This document shows, one piece after another, positions 30,969-42,036 of a DNA stretch of 64,000 nucleotides (its first letter is position 1; every line of letters starts with the position of its first letter). This stretch comes from Terriglobia bacterium. GTDB lineage: Bacteria > Acidobacteriota > Terriglobia > JAJPHL01 > JAPKYU01. Below the pieces are notes generated by a model. The model was given only the letters and a program-made list of their open reading frames with translations. It searched no databases and was not told the origin of the DNA. The stretch covers positions 1,952,001 through 2,016,000 of the forward strand of contig CBDBKE010000004.1 in NCBI GenBank assembly GCA_965206645.1, in the 5' to 3' direction. A program made the translations under genes and the position numbers.

Positions 30969-31784
30969 CTACTGGCCGAACCGGTAGATGATTGCCCAGC
31001 GTACGATTCCAAGCTTGTTCTCAACATTGTAAGAGCACGGCCTTCGAGGGTTCCCCGGACCGCACCGGTTATTTCCGGAACGATTCACTTTATGCGTACC
31101 CCGCCCGAAATCCAGATACGAGCCTTCGAATCGCAGGCTCCAGGCAGCGGTCAGCGGAATTTCGATCCCACCCCCGATCACCCAGCCGATCTCCGTCGAG
31201 CTGTCGTGAAAGGAATCGTCAGGATCCACCTCTGGCGGCATGCCTGGGGAGAAGTCGATGTCCGTTACCGAATTGGCGATTCTGGCGGTTGCCAATCCCC
31301 CGGTGGCAAATACCCTTGCACCTTCGATGGACTGTTCAATCCCGGCGCGCACCGTGGTGATCCATCGAAACCTTGCTTCCGCAGTCTCGTCCAGACCGAC
31401 GGGGTCGAGCTGTCTCGTTTTCGCCGACAGGTCACCGAATGTCCCGTCCAACTCGATCCTGAGCGGAGCGCCGCCGAGGGTGAACTTCTTCCCGATCAAT
31501 CCCCCGCCGACAACCCCCGTATTGCCGTAATCGAATATCGAACCGGGATGACCCCAGTTCGCAAAGCCATCGACATCGACGATCCGGTTGGCGATGCGCC
31601 AGACGCCGCCTAAGCCACCCGCATAAGTTTCTGCCCATTTCAGAGTGGCCTCGTTGCTCTGGGCGCTCGCCGGAGTGCCGTTTGCGAGCATGAAAAGGAG
31701 CGGCAGCACCACAAACACGTGACGCCATTCGGAGCCGCGACTGGAGGACGGTCGAGGGTTTCTTTCTAGGGTTTTCTTGATCAT
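30969..31784 (-). CDS. Outer-membrane beta-barrel protein (Omp25/31-like)
   Basis: Signal peptide ..PASAQ, YAGGLGG, GWVIGGGIE, WSLRFEGSYLDFG, C-terminal YRF. Confidence 0.85.
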   Translation of the reverse strand: MIKKTLERNPRPSSSRGSEWRHVFVVLPLLFMLANGTPASAQSNEATLKWAETYAGGLGGVWRIANRIVDVDGFANWGHPGSIFDYGNTGVVGGGLIGKKFTLGGAPLRIELDGTFGDLSAKTRQLDPVGLDETAEARFRWITTVRAGIEQSIEGARVFATGGLATARIANSVTDIDFSPGMPPEVDPDDSFHDSSTEIGWVIGGGIEIPLTAAWSLRFEGSYLDFGRGTHKVNRSGNNRCGPGNPRRPCSYNVENKLGIVRWAIIYRFGQ

Positions 31785-31853
31785 GTAACATTCTTTCTGT
31801 AATTTGTCTGGGAAACAGGTTTCTCCGTAACACTCGAATCCTTCAGATACTAG

Positions 31854-34438
31854 CCCGGATTTCCTTTATGAACTATCGGCGGCAACCTTCTGAATGACTC
31901 CAACGTCAGTATTGATGCGGGTTCCAGCATCAACATTGCCTTCCGGAGGTGTACACCGAATGGGTGAGAGCCAAAAACAGGCGTTTCAACTGTCATTCAA
32001 CCGGTTTCTGCGGGTCACATTTCAGGGATCGCGAATCACTTCCGACGGCGGTCTGATTGTGGTGCGCGAGTTGGACGAACGTTTGGGGTTCGGCGAACTT
32101 ATCGAACAGCACTTGATCGACTCTCGGGGGAAGAACACCCGGTTGCCCCTCGCTGACTTGCTGCGGCAGTCCATCTACAGCCGCTTGGCAGGATACGAAG
32201 ACGTCAACGACGCCGAGCGGCTTTCCCAAGATCCGACGTTCCGGCTGATCGGTTCGGAGAAGATCTGGGAACGTGGCGCAGCCCTGACTTCCCGGTTACA
32301 GTCGTTCGAGACAGAACTGCTGACGCAAGACGAGAACCTTGCTGGTTTGGCAGCGATCAACCGGGATTTGATCGCCAGGGCGGAAGCTATGGATGCGCCG
32401 CGCCGGGTGGTGCTGGACATGGACAGCACCGAGATCCCGGTCTACGGCGAACAGGAGCAGAGCGCCTACAACGGGCATTTCGAGTCGAGTTGCTATCACC
32501 CGTTGTTGCTGTTCAGTCGCGAGGGTGACTGTCTGGCGGCCAAGCTGCGACTGACCTGCCGGCTTTCTTCGGACCACCGATTACTGGAGAACAGCGCCAG
32601 TCGGCATGGTTAAGTCGCTCTCGTGTTCTTCTTGGTCAGCGTGAGCCGGCATCGCGGCGAGCGCCCACCGTCATCCGAGCCAGCACGGAGCTGCGCTTTG
32701 AACTCGGCTGGCGTCAGATAGCCAAGGCTTGAGTGCGGTCGCACGTCGTTGTAGTGCCGTCGCCATTGCTCGATCCCCACCTTCGCGTCCACGCGGTTCC
32801 GAAACCACTGCAGGCTCAGATACTCGTCGCGGAACTTCCCGTTGAACGATTCGTCGGTCGCATTCTGCCACGGCTTGCCCGGCTCGATGAGCGCGGTTTC
32901 GATCTGCGCCTGGAGCAGCCACCGGAGAATCGCACCCGCAACAAACTCGGGGCCGTTGTCGGACCGGAGGTAACGTGGGGCTCCGTGGACGCTCACGAGC
33001 TGCGTGAGCACCTCGATAACGCGCCCGGACCGAATGCCGCCGGCCACGTCGATCGCGAGTGACTCGCGGGTCCATTCGTCGACGACGGTGAGGCACTTGA
33101 GCGTCTGCCCATTCGCGCAGGTGTCGAACACGAAGTCGTACGCCCAGACGTGATTGACCGCAGTGGCGGGCACCGGGCGGGGCCGGCTCAGGGCGACCCG
33201 GCGCCGCGGCCGCCGCCGAGGCACCTGCAACCCCGCCTGGCGCCAGAGGCGATGGGTCCGGTCCGTGCTCATCGTGTGCCCTTCGCGTTTTAGGAAAATC
33301 CGAATCCGGCGATAGCCGTACCGCGGATACTGCGCCGCCAGACGACGCATCGCGGCCAGCGCCGGGGCATCCCGGTCGACCAGCCGCGACTGGTAGCCCA
33401 GCGTGGACCGTGCGACGGAGAGCAAGGCGCACGCGCGGCGACCCGACAGACCGCGTGCACGTGCATACGCGACCTGCGGCCGGCGCACGCGTGCGCCTAC
33501 CATTTTTTTCGGGTGATCTCCTTGAGCACGTCGATCTCCAGATCTCGATCGGCCACCATCTTTTTCAGCCGGCCGTTCTCCTGCTCGAGCTGCCGCAGCC
33601 GCTTCACATCGGCGGGCTCCAACGTGCCGAAGTGTTTCCGCCAGGCGTAGAGCGTCTGGGCGCTGACGCCGTTCTTTTTGGCCACCTCCGGAACGGGCCG
33701 CTGATCGGCCTCGCGGAGGATCGTCACCATCTGCTCTTCGGTAAACCGGGTCTTCTTCATGGCTCCCTCGTTTCTCCGAGGGCGCCATTCTCTCAGGCTT
33801 CAGCTGGTCCGGAAATCGCCAGTGGGGTTCATCGTCACCAATCTGGAGACCGACAGCCGGGCGGTGGTCCGGTTCTACAACAAGCGGGGCACCGCAGAGC
33901 AATGGATCAAGGAAGGCAAGCAGGCGGTAAAGATGACCCGGCTGAGTTGCCATCGGTTTCGGTCGAACGAGGTGCGCCTATGGCTGAGCCTGATCGCCTA
34001 CAACTTGGGAAACCTGTGGCGGCGGCTGGTGCTACCGAAGAGGATCAACAACTGGTCGCTGACGAGTTTGCAGCAGCGGCTGGTGAAAACGGGCGGACGG
34101 CTGGTGAAACATGCGCGATATTACTGGCTTTTGCTGGCCGAAGGGCACTTGAGCCGGAGGCTGTTCAGCAGCATGCTGCGAACGATCTCGGCACTGCCGC
34201 TGCCAGACGGCTAGCGACCCAGGAGAGAGGGTAATTTTAGGTGCTCAGAAGTGGTCGGGCCGGACAAGTGTCAGCGGCGAGGCAGGCTGGGCAGGCGAAA
34301 CCCGCACAGCGACTCCGAAGAACAGCCAAAATGTGCCGCACTACCACCTCAAAGAGGCCCGGGCGATTTGCGATTGACACGACAGGGTAAGAGGCATAGG
34401 TTTTCGGGTGAAGGTGAAGCTCAAAATGGAAACTCCGG
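31854..34438 (+). mobile_element. IS1380 copy 2, interrupted by an IS3 with ~345 bp deleted
   Basis: Matches copy 1 up to AAKLR (32551) and resumes at VGFIVT (33822). Confidence 0.92.
32552..33821 (-). mobile_element. Third IS3-family element (orfA 33497..33760, orfB about 32610..33500)
   Basis: MKKTRFTEEQ orfA, A-run overlap, WAYDFVFD / SDNGPEF / PWQNATDESFN; left IR appears clipped. Confidence 0.92.
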
Positions 34439-34476
34439 TTTAATTGAGGTGATTCCCGCGGCTGCGCCGCCTCGCT

Positions 34477-34690
34477 TCAGCGCCCCTCGACCATGGTGAG
34501 GAAATATTGATGGAGGCGAGGGTCGGGGGTCAATTCCGGGTGGAACGTAGCGGCCAACAGGTACTGTTGGCGCACCAGCACCGCCGAACCCCGGCATTCA
34601 GCCAGCACCTGAACTCCCGGCCCAACCCGTTCAATGATGGGCGCGCGGATAAAGACCATCTCCAATGAAGAATCGGACCAGCCGCCAACG
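34477..34690 (-). pseudogene. pdxT: 3' fragment of PLP synthase glutaminase subunit
   Basis: [20 protein letters not shown]...[19 protein letters not shown]. Confidence 0.8.
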
Positions 34691-35056
34691 GGACTTTCTC
34701 GGCTAATACCTAAGTATTGCTCTGCGGTTCTAAAAGTAACTGCGTCTTTGCCCCTAAGGAGTGTCGAGTCGCCCTTACGCTCCTTCCTGCGTGGAGCTTT
34801 CTTTTGAGGCGTGCGCCGTTCCGTCCCTTTGCTGGTGCCGCCTGCCTCTTTGTATCCAAGTTGCAACATCTCCTCTTCCGCATTGATGCGCCAGTCCTCA
34901 CAAACCTCTTCGACAGCTTTTCCCAGGCGTAATCTGCCGGCACGGAAAGTCGCATCGGATTCCGGCAGTCCCCCACTAGATACTCTCGGCCGGGTTAATC
35001 CACTGTTCCGGTGTCCCTCGCTTGTTGTAGAACCGCATTGATCGGGCCGAGGTGTT

Positions 35057-35219
35057 TTACGACATCATCAGAGCGTCTATATCACGGCCACCATAAAGAA
35101 TTCTGAGGAACGTCACCGTATCCGCCCCGACATGGAAAGCGAGGGTCACCCTACGCTCGAAACCGACTACCCGCAGGCCAGGAAATAGATCGTCTCGTCG
35201 CATACCCCGTTCCGGGAAG
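35057..35219 (-). pseudogene. ParE/RelE-type toxin C-terminal fragment
   Basis: FPERGMRRDDLFPGLRVVGFERRVTLAF...LRILYGGRD; cut by the MITE. Confidence 0.8.
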
Positions 35220-35350
35220 GGTGCTGTCAAGTTAAGCAGTTTGGCAGCATTCTCGCCGCCCGCCGCCACCGCTAAGTCATTGATTATCAGTCTCTGATCC
35301 AGCAGAATCCTTCCGCAAAACGCGCAAATTCTGCTCAACTTGACAGTACC
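35220..35350. mobile_element. 131-bp MITE with IS6-type ends, copy 1
   Basis: GGT(G/A)CTGTCAAGTT IRs shared with the IS6 at 56809..59130. Confidence 0.88.
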
Positions 35351-35980
35351 GCAACGGATCGGCGCCGTGATGAAGTGGGCGGTCGCGATGGGCTACCGGC
35401 CGTACAACCTGGCGGGCGATGCCCTCGGGTAGGCGGTCGGGCGGCAGCGGGCCGTCGTCCAACACATACGGGCGCCACTCCACGGTGCGGTGGCGGACGT
35501 CCTCGCGACCGTGCGAACCTCCCGGGCGTTGGTCACCACCAAGGATGCGTTTGAGCTCTTGGTGTTGACGGCGGCGCGGTCCGGCGAGGTGCGTCTGGCG
35601 ACGTGGGATGAGATGGACCTGGACGCGGTCGTGTGGACCATCCCCGCCGCGCGCATGAAGGCGAAGCGGGATCACCGCGTGCCGCTCTCCGAGCGGGCGA
35701 TCGAGATCCGGCACGACGCACGGAGGCGCAGTGACGACACGGGCCTGGTGTTCCCCAACCCGCGTGGGAAGCCGCTCTCCGACATGACGCTGTCGCAACT
35801 GATCAAAGAACTCGGCATCGCCGCCGTGACGCATGGGTTCCGGTCGAGCTTCCGGGACTGGGCCGGGGAGCGGTCAAACACACCCCGTGAAGTGATCGAA
35901 GCGGTGCTCGCCCATACAGTGCGCAACCCGACAGAGGCGGCCCATGCGCGCAGTGATCTCTTGGAGTGCCGTCGCCGTCT
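35351..35980 (+). pseudogene. P4-like tyrosine integrase fragment
   Basis: LTAARSGEVR, IPAARMKAKRDHRVPLS, THGFRSSFRDW, LAH; internal stop, both ends cut. Confidence 0.88.
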
Positions 35981-36594
35981 TGACCTGACCGGCACTTTTT
36001 GTACCAAGTGGAAAGAGAGAGAATCCACTTGAGGAGGGAGTGAGGTCATGCCGACAAGGAGTTACAAGCCGGAGCAGATTGTAGCGGTGCTACGGCAGAT
36101 AGAAGTGCAGATGGGGAACGGGAAGACTGCGCCCCAAGCCTGCAAAGAAGCTGGAATCCACACCCAAACCTACTACCGGTGGCGGAAGGAATACGGCGGG
36201 CTGAAGGTGGTGCAGGCAAAACGGCTAAAGGAGTTGGAGAAGGAAAACACGCGGCTGAAGCGGTTGGTAGCGGAGCTTTCTCTGGAGAAGCAGGTGCTGC
36301 GGGATGTGGCACAGGGAAACTTCTGAGCCCTGAGCGGCGGCGTTGTGCGGTGGAGCGTGCGTGGGAGCAACACGGGTTGTCGGAACGGCATGCCTGCCGG
36401 CTGCTGGGGCAATGGCGAGGGACACAACGATACGAGCCGATTCATCGGGTGGACGAGGATGCTCTGACCCGAGCGATCATTGCCCTGGGAGCGAAGTACG
36501 GGCGATATGGCTACCGGAGGATCACAGCGTTGCTGCGGAGTGCGGGCTGGGAAGTGGGCAAGGACCGGGTGCAGCGGATTTGGCGGCGGGAAGG
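35981..36594 (+). mobile_element. IS3 5' fragment, truncated by IS5
   Basis: Matches 18496..19109. Confidence 0.93.
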
Positions 36595-37656
36595 GGCGTT
36601 GTTGCAGAAATCTGACTCCATCCCCAACGCTCTCCCCCCTGATAGGCTAGGGGATGGGCAAAAGCGACTACACCTTCCGATATAAGGTTCGCAACTGGCC
36701 GGAGTACAACCGGGCTCTGGTGAAACGTGGGCAGCTGACACTGTGGTTCGACACGGAGGCAGTCGCTGCCTGGCGTCATCCAGGACCCTTCGAAGGGCGA
36801 GGCCGGCCCAAGGTCTACGCAGATGCGGCGATCCAATGTGCGCTGGTCCTGAATTCGGTGTTTCACCTCAACCTACGGACCACTCAAGGGTTCCTTCAAT
36901 CCATCGTGGCGCTCATGGCTCTCGACCTCCCAGTGCCCAACTACAGCACGGTGAGCCGAAGGCAAAGCGCCGTCGACGTCCGACTGAGTGTAGGGCCCAC
37001 GGATCGACCACGACATGTCGTCATCGATTCGACGGGCCTGAAGATCTACGGAGCCGGTGAGTGGCACATCAGAAAACATCGAACCCTCCGCCGTAGGACA
37101 TGGCGAAAGCTCCACCTAGGCGTCGATGAGACGACGAAAGAGATCGTTGCGATGGACCTGACTGCGAGCAACGTCCACGACGCCCGAAGGCTCTCTTCGT
37201 TGCTGTCTAAGACTCCTGGTTCGATCGGGCAAGTCTCCGCAGACCGGGCCTACGACACGGGTTCCTGCTACGAGGCCGTGCTCCAGCACGACGCTATCGT
37301 GACGATCTTGCCGCGACGCAATGCACGATGCAGCCGAGACTCTCATCCGCCTCCGTGGCGTGCGATGCGTGATACCCATCTCCGGCGTATTAGGACGCAG
37401 GGCCGTTATGAGTGGCGGAAGTCGAGTGGCTGCACTCGCCAGAGCGTGGCGGAGAATGCGGTCTCACGGTACAAGGCGATACTCGGGGTAAGCCTCTCGG
37501 CCCGCACGGTCAAGAACCAAGCAGTCGAAGCCGCGATCAAGTGCGCTGTGCTGAACCGGATGGCGGAGCTTGGAATGCCACGATCGGAGCGCGTGTACTG
37601 AGGCGGATGAACTTCTCGGCCCGGTTCGCCGCGAGCGCGAATTACGCAACAACGCC
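36595..37656 (+). mobile_element. IS5-family (IS903-like) IS with intact transposase 36654..37601
   Basis: YKVRNWPEYNRALVKRG, IDSTGLKIYGAGEW, WRKLHLGVD, ADRAYD; IRs present; no TSD. Confidence 0.95.
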
Positions 37657-37678
37657 TAGAAAACCCGCCACGCCTATC

Positions 37679-37704
37679 TTGACTACCCCAATGGGGTATA
37701 TAAT
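37679..37704 (+). promoter_or_regulatory. TA promoter with TACCCC-AAT-GGGGTA operator palindrome
   Basis: TTGACT, palindrome at 37684-37698, TATAAT at 37699-37704, 8 bp before ATG 37713. Confidence 0.6.
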
Positions 37705-37712
37705 ACTGCTTG

Positions 37713-38051
37713 ATGCAGACAGTAGCCGAGACCCCGACATTCTCCCGTCAAACTGACAAGCTGTTCAGTGAGGACGAGAAGCGCGAACTGATCGACTTCC
37801 TCGCGGAGAATCCGCTGGCGGGTGATGAAATTCCGGGCACGGGCGGCGTCCGGAAGCTACGCTTTGCGGCTTTCGGACGGGGCAAGCGAGGCGGTGCGCG
37901 GGTGATCTACTACTACCTGGAAGAAGCGATGCCGGGCTACGCGCTGCTCGCCTATGCGAAGACCGCGAAAACGGACATGACACCGGATGAAAGGCGCACG
38001 GTTTCAAAGCTCGCAGCCGCACTCAAGGCCGCCCGGAAGGAGATGAAATGA
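37713..38051 (+). CDS. RelE/HigB2-like toxin
   Basis: NPLAGDEIPGTGGVRKLRF, GKRGGARVIYY, LLAYAK. Confidence 0.92.
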   Translation: MQTVAETPTFSRQTDKLFSEDEKRELIDFLAENPLAGDEIPGTGGVRKLRFAAFGRGKRGGARVIYYYLEEAMPGYALLAYAKTAKTDMTPDERRTVSKLAAALKAARKEMK

Positions 38052-38338
38052 GCACATTTGGCGACGATCTAATCCAGTCCCTCAATGAAGCCCTCGCTCA
38101 CGCAAAGGGAGATGGCCCCGCCATCCTGCACGCTCCCGTGACCCCGCGTGAGGTTCGGGAGCATGCGAACCTCACGCAGGCGCAGATGGCACCGTTGATG
38201 GGCATGAGCCTTTCCGGCTACCGGAAATGGGAGCAAGGGACGCGCCGGGTTAGCGGCCCGGCCGCAACTCTTCTGCGGGTGATCGAAAGGGAACCGGAGG
38301 CCGTCAAGCGTGCATTGCTGTCTTCGGGCCAAGTATAA
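38048..38338 (+). CDS. XRE HTH antitoxin (HigA2-like)
   Basis: LIQSLNEAL, LTQAQMA..YRKWEQGTRRVSGPAATLL; ATGA overlap. Confidence 0.92.
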   Translation: MSTFGDDLIQSLNEALAHAKGDGPAILHAPVTPREVREHANLTQAQMAPLMGMSLSGYRKWEQGTRRVSGPAATLLRVIEREPEAVKRALLSSGQV

Positions 38339-38590
38339 ACGCGCTGCTAGTGTTCCGGATCGCTGGCGGCGCAGACTGACAGCACGATAAAGGTCTCTTA
38401 TCGTGCTATGGAAACATGCCTGCACGATGCCGATGGGGATCGCGGATATCTGAGGTTCAGGGCACTAAGCCAAGACGGAAGAAGTCGCCGAGTGAATAAG
38501 GAAACGAAGAAAATCTGCGAACTAACTGAGAGGCTCATCAAGGAAGTGTTGCCATTGATTTTGAGGACTACCACTAGAAGGAAAAAGACC

Positions 38591-38930
38591 ATGCGTATGC
38601 TCAACCCACCCCGCCCCGGCACATTCATCAGAACAGCGGTGATTGAACCCCTGAACCTAAGCGTCTCTGCTGCCGCAACGGTGCTCGGCGTATCGCGTCC
38701 AACGCTCTCGACCTTTCTGAACGGCCATTCCGATCTCGCCGGTACCATGGCACTACGGATTGAAAAGGCCTTCGGCGTGAAGATGGACACCCTCATGCGC
38801 ATGCAGGCGTCCTACAATATCGCTCGTACTCGTAAGCAAGAGGCATCGATCACAATATCGCTCGTACTCGTAAGCAAGAGGCATCGATCACCGTCCGCCC
38901 CTACCATCCAATCCAGGCGAACCAGTAGGG
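38591..38930 (+). pseudogene. Orphan HigA-family antitoxin, frameshifted by a 38-bp tandem duplication
   Basis: NPPRPGTFIR, LGVSRPTLS, MALRIEKAFGV, MRMQASY; duplication at 38814-38889. Confidence 0.8.
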
Positions 38931-38974
38931 CGGGGGACCACTGTGCTGGATGGACCTTGAATTGGTTCGCTGCC

Positions 38975-39155
38975 TCACGAGCGACGCGGCGTAACGGCCG
39001 AGACGGCGATCGCGCTGGGCGCGTATTTCGGCCAGACCCCCGAGTTCTGGATGAACGCGCAGACGGCCTATGAACTGTCAAAGGAACTGGTCGAGAACGG
39101 CGATGACATCCGCTCGCGTCTCCGCCGTCATGCCGAGGACCGTGCAACCACTTAG
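38975..39155 (+). pseudogene. Second HigA C-terminal fragment
   Basis: RRGVTAETAIALGAYFGQTPEFWMNAQTAYEL. Confidence 0.75.
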
Positions 39156-39174
39156 ATCCGGCCTATGTCGTGGG

Positions 39175-39690
39175 CTAAGCGGGCTGTTGGATCCGCTGCC
39201 ATCCCTCAACCTCGGCAGCAAGCACGATGCGCGCACACGCTTCCGCGTCGGACCCCGCGTCGTGGTGACGTACCGGGATGCGAAGCCGACGGCAGACGTC
39301 GGGCAACCTCGTCGGGTAGATTCCCCACAGTGAGCGGGCCAACTGGACCGTGCAGGTGAATGGCACCTGCGGTACCCGGATGCCGTACGTAATGCAACAC
39401 GTGTGGAGGACACTATTGTCGAACGGCGCGTTGTGGGCAGCGATAAACTCAGCGTTGCCGATCCAGGCGTGCAGGGTTGGCCAGAGTTCGCCGAAGGTGG
39501 GCGCGTTGCGGACGTCTTCCCAGCGGAGGCCATGGACCCCGGTGAACACGAACAGTGGTTCCGGGGGCCGGATCAGGAACGACCGCGCAACTTCGATCCG
39601 GTCGACACGAACCACGGCTAGGCCGACTGCGCACGCGCTGTCACTGTGGTGATTGGCGGTTTCGAAGTCGATCGCGACAAAGGAACTCAC
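39175..39690 (-). CDS. DEDDh 3'-5' exonuclease (DnaQ-like)
   Basis: AIDFETAN, AHNAPFD, HHDAGSDAEAC. Confidence 0.93.
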   Translation of the reverse strand: MSSFVAIDFETANHHSDSACAVGLAVVRVDRIEVARSFLIRPPEPLFVFTGVHGLRWEDVRNAPTFGELWPTLHAWIGNAEFIAAHNAPFDNSVLHTCCITYGIRVPQVPFTCTVQLARSLWGIYPTRLPDVCRRLRIPVRHHDAGSDAEACARIVLAAEVEGWQRIQQPA

Positions 39691-39694
39691 GGTG

Positions 39695-39862
39695 ATGTCC
39701 AGGGATAAAGCCAGTTCCTACGGAAGCTTAGCACAGGCTTGGGCAAAGTCCCCACATAGGCAAGGAACGATTGGTTCGGGATGGCTCAGTCTTGTCGACC
39801 ACTCGATCGATGTCGCTGCCGTCTCCGAAGCGCTACTTCACCTGCCGACGGTCAAGCGGCGG
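39695..39862 (+). pseudogene. cas3: Cas3 N-terminal (HD domain start) fragment
   Basis: AWAKS...WLSLVDHSIDVAAVSEAL; cut by IS3; cas1-cas2-CRISPR lie on the far side. Confidence 0.75.
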
Positions 39863-41118
39863 TGACCAGACCGATTTTTTGTACCAACCGTAGTGAGAGT
39901 GAGAGTTTACATCGCAGCCTGGGGCTGTGAAACTGGTTTCAGTGGCAGGGGAGGGCTATAGGCCCCCGGCGCCGGGGGCCTATAGCCGAGCGCCGAGTGC
40001 GGCCGCACCGTGTTGTATTGCACCCTCCACTGTTCAATCACCACCTGTGCCTCCTTCAACGAGTAGAAGATCTCTCCATTCAGGCATTCGTCCCGCAGCT
40101 TCCCATTGAAACTCTCGCAGTACCCGTTCTCCCAGGGACTGCCCGGTTCGATGTACAGTGTCCCGGTCCCTAGATTTGCCAACCACTGGCGCAGTTGTTT
40201 GGCGATGAACTCGGGACCATTGTCGGATCGAATCTGTTCCGGTATCCCTCGCCACAACATCACGTCCGACAACGCCTCAATGATTTGTTGGCTGCCCATC
40301 CTCCGCTCCACCCGGATCGCCAGGCATTCCCGCGTGTACTCATCCAGCAAGGTCAGCAGCCGCAGCGTTCTCCCCTCGTGCGTTCTGGCACTCATGAAGT
40401 CGTAGCTCCACACGTGGTTCGGTCGCTCCGGCCTCAGTCGTACACAGGAACCGTCGTTCAGCCACAGCCGTCCTCGCGGCCTTTGTTTTTGCGGCACTTT
40501 CAGCCCTTCCCGCCGCCAAATCCGCTGCACCCGGTCCTTGCCCACTTCCCAGCCCGCACTCCGCAGCAACGCTGTGATCCTCCGGTAGCCATATCGCCCG
40601 TAGTTCGCTCCCAGGGCAATGATCGCTCGGGTCAGAGCATCCTCGTCCACCCGATGAATCGGCTCGTATCGTTGTGTCCCTCGCCATTGCCCCAGCAGCC
40701 GGCAGGCATGCCGTTCCGACAACCCGTGTTGCTCCCACGCACGCTCCACCGCACAACGCCGCCGCTCAGGGCTCAGAAGTTTCCCTGTGCCACATCCCGC
40801 AGCACCTGCTTCTCCAGAGAAAGCTCCGCTACCAACCGCTTCAGCCGCGTGTTTTCCTTCTCCAACTCCTTTAGCCGTTTTGCCTGCACCACCTTCAGCC
40901 CGCCGTATTCCTTCCGCCACCGGTAGTAGGTTTGGGTGTGGATTCCAGCTTCTTTGCAGGCTTGGGGCGCAGTCTTCCCGTTCCCCATCTGCACTTCTAT
41001 CTGCCGTAGCACCGCTACAATCTGCTCCGGCTTGTAACTCCTTGTCGGCATGACCTCACTCCCTCCTCAAGTGGATTCTCTCTCTTTCCACTTGGTACAA
41101 AAAGTGCCGGTCAGGTCA
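39863..41118 (-). mobile_element. IS3-family IS, complete
   Basis: Same element as 18496..19745 plus a 6-bp GAGAGT duplication; no TSD. Confidence 0.95.
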
Positions 41119-41507
41119 GCGTGACCTGGAAAGGCCGCCGCTACGACCGCGCCAACCCAGACGTGGCCGACTTACCGAATCAAGCCATCAACCATGCGGC
41201 TACCGCCGTAGAGGCGGCGGCCATAGTCGCCGTCACCGGGGTCGGGGCCCTGCCGCAATTGGGCTTCATCCACGAAGACTCCGGAATTGCATTCGTGCTC
41301 GACATCGCCGACCTGTATCGAAGTGAGGTCACGTTGCCGGTCGCGTTCGGCGCCGTACGGGCCCACAAACGCGATCAGTCACTGCCACTAGAACGATGCG
41401 TCCGCCGGCTTGCCAGCCAGGAATTTCGGCGGCGCAAGCTGATCCCGAAGATGATCGATCGGATCAAGGAGATGTTTGGTGCCGATGTGCGTGATCGTGA
41501 CCCGTGA
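41119..41507 (+). pseudogene. cas1: Type I-E Cas1 C-terminal fragment
   Basis: WKGRRYDRANP..ADLPNQAINHA, LPQLGFIHEDSGIAFVLDIADLYR. Confidence 0.92.
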
Positions 41508-41781
41508 CGTCCCGTCCAGGTTTCGGGGCTTCCTCGCCTCCTGCATGCTGGAGATCGCACCGGGGGTCTATACTCAGCCCGACATGTCTGCGTCTGTCCG
41601 CGAGCGCGTGTGGACCGTACTGAGCGACTGGTGGGCCTACTACGGTCAGGGATCGGTTGTTATGACGTGGGCCGCACCGAGCACGCCAGTGCGCCAGGGC
41701 GTATTGATGCTGGGAGATCCCGCCAAAGAACTGATCGAGTACGACGGGCTCTACGTTGTCAGGCGGGAGCTGACGATCTAG
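41476..41781 (+). CDS. cas2: Type I-E Cas2
   Basis: VIVTRDVPSRFRGFLASCMLEIAPGVY, VRERVW, EYDGLYVV. Confidence 0.93.
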   Translation: MVPMCVIVTRDVPSRFRGFLASCMLEIAPGVYTQPDMSASVRERVWTVLSDWWAYYGQGSVVMTWAAPSTPVRQGVLMLGDPAKELIEYDGLYVVRRELTI

Positions 41782-41815
41782 GTGTACTAACCAAGTATGT
41801 ATACCATATATAGGA

Positions 41816-41958
41816 GTTTCCCCCGCACACGCGGGGATGGACCCGTAAAACCCTGGACGCACACGCTTCAGTATGAGTTTCCCCCGCACACGCGGGGATG
41901 GACCCGCGGAAGCTGAGCCTAGTTGTCTTGCACGAGCGTTTCCCCCGCACACGCGGGG
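41816..41958 (+). CRISPR. Type I-E CRISPR array: 2 full repeats + 1 truncated repeat, 2 spacers
   Basis: 29-bp GTTTCCCCCGCACACGCGGGGATGGACCC at 41816, 41877 and 41938 (partial); 32-bp spacers; 61-bp period. Confidence 0.93.
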
Positions 41959-42036
41959 GCGGTGCTGAGGGACGCTGATCCGTCACTACACTTTCACCGA
42001 ATTCGACTTGGCGTCGATCCGGCAACGACGCGGCAA

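Noticed and set aside
32610-33953. 447-aa ORF as a novel fusion protein
   Set aside because: Chance read-through from antisense IS1380 sequence into IS3 orfB.
31849-34979. ACTAG before IS1380 copy 2 and again at 34975 as the TSD of a second transposition unit
   Set aside because: A 5-mer match within ~550 bp is plausible by chance, and no interrupted gene confirms it.
41845-41937. Self-targeting CRISPR spacers
   Set aside because: I saw no protospacer match within this window by eye; this needs a real search.
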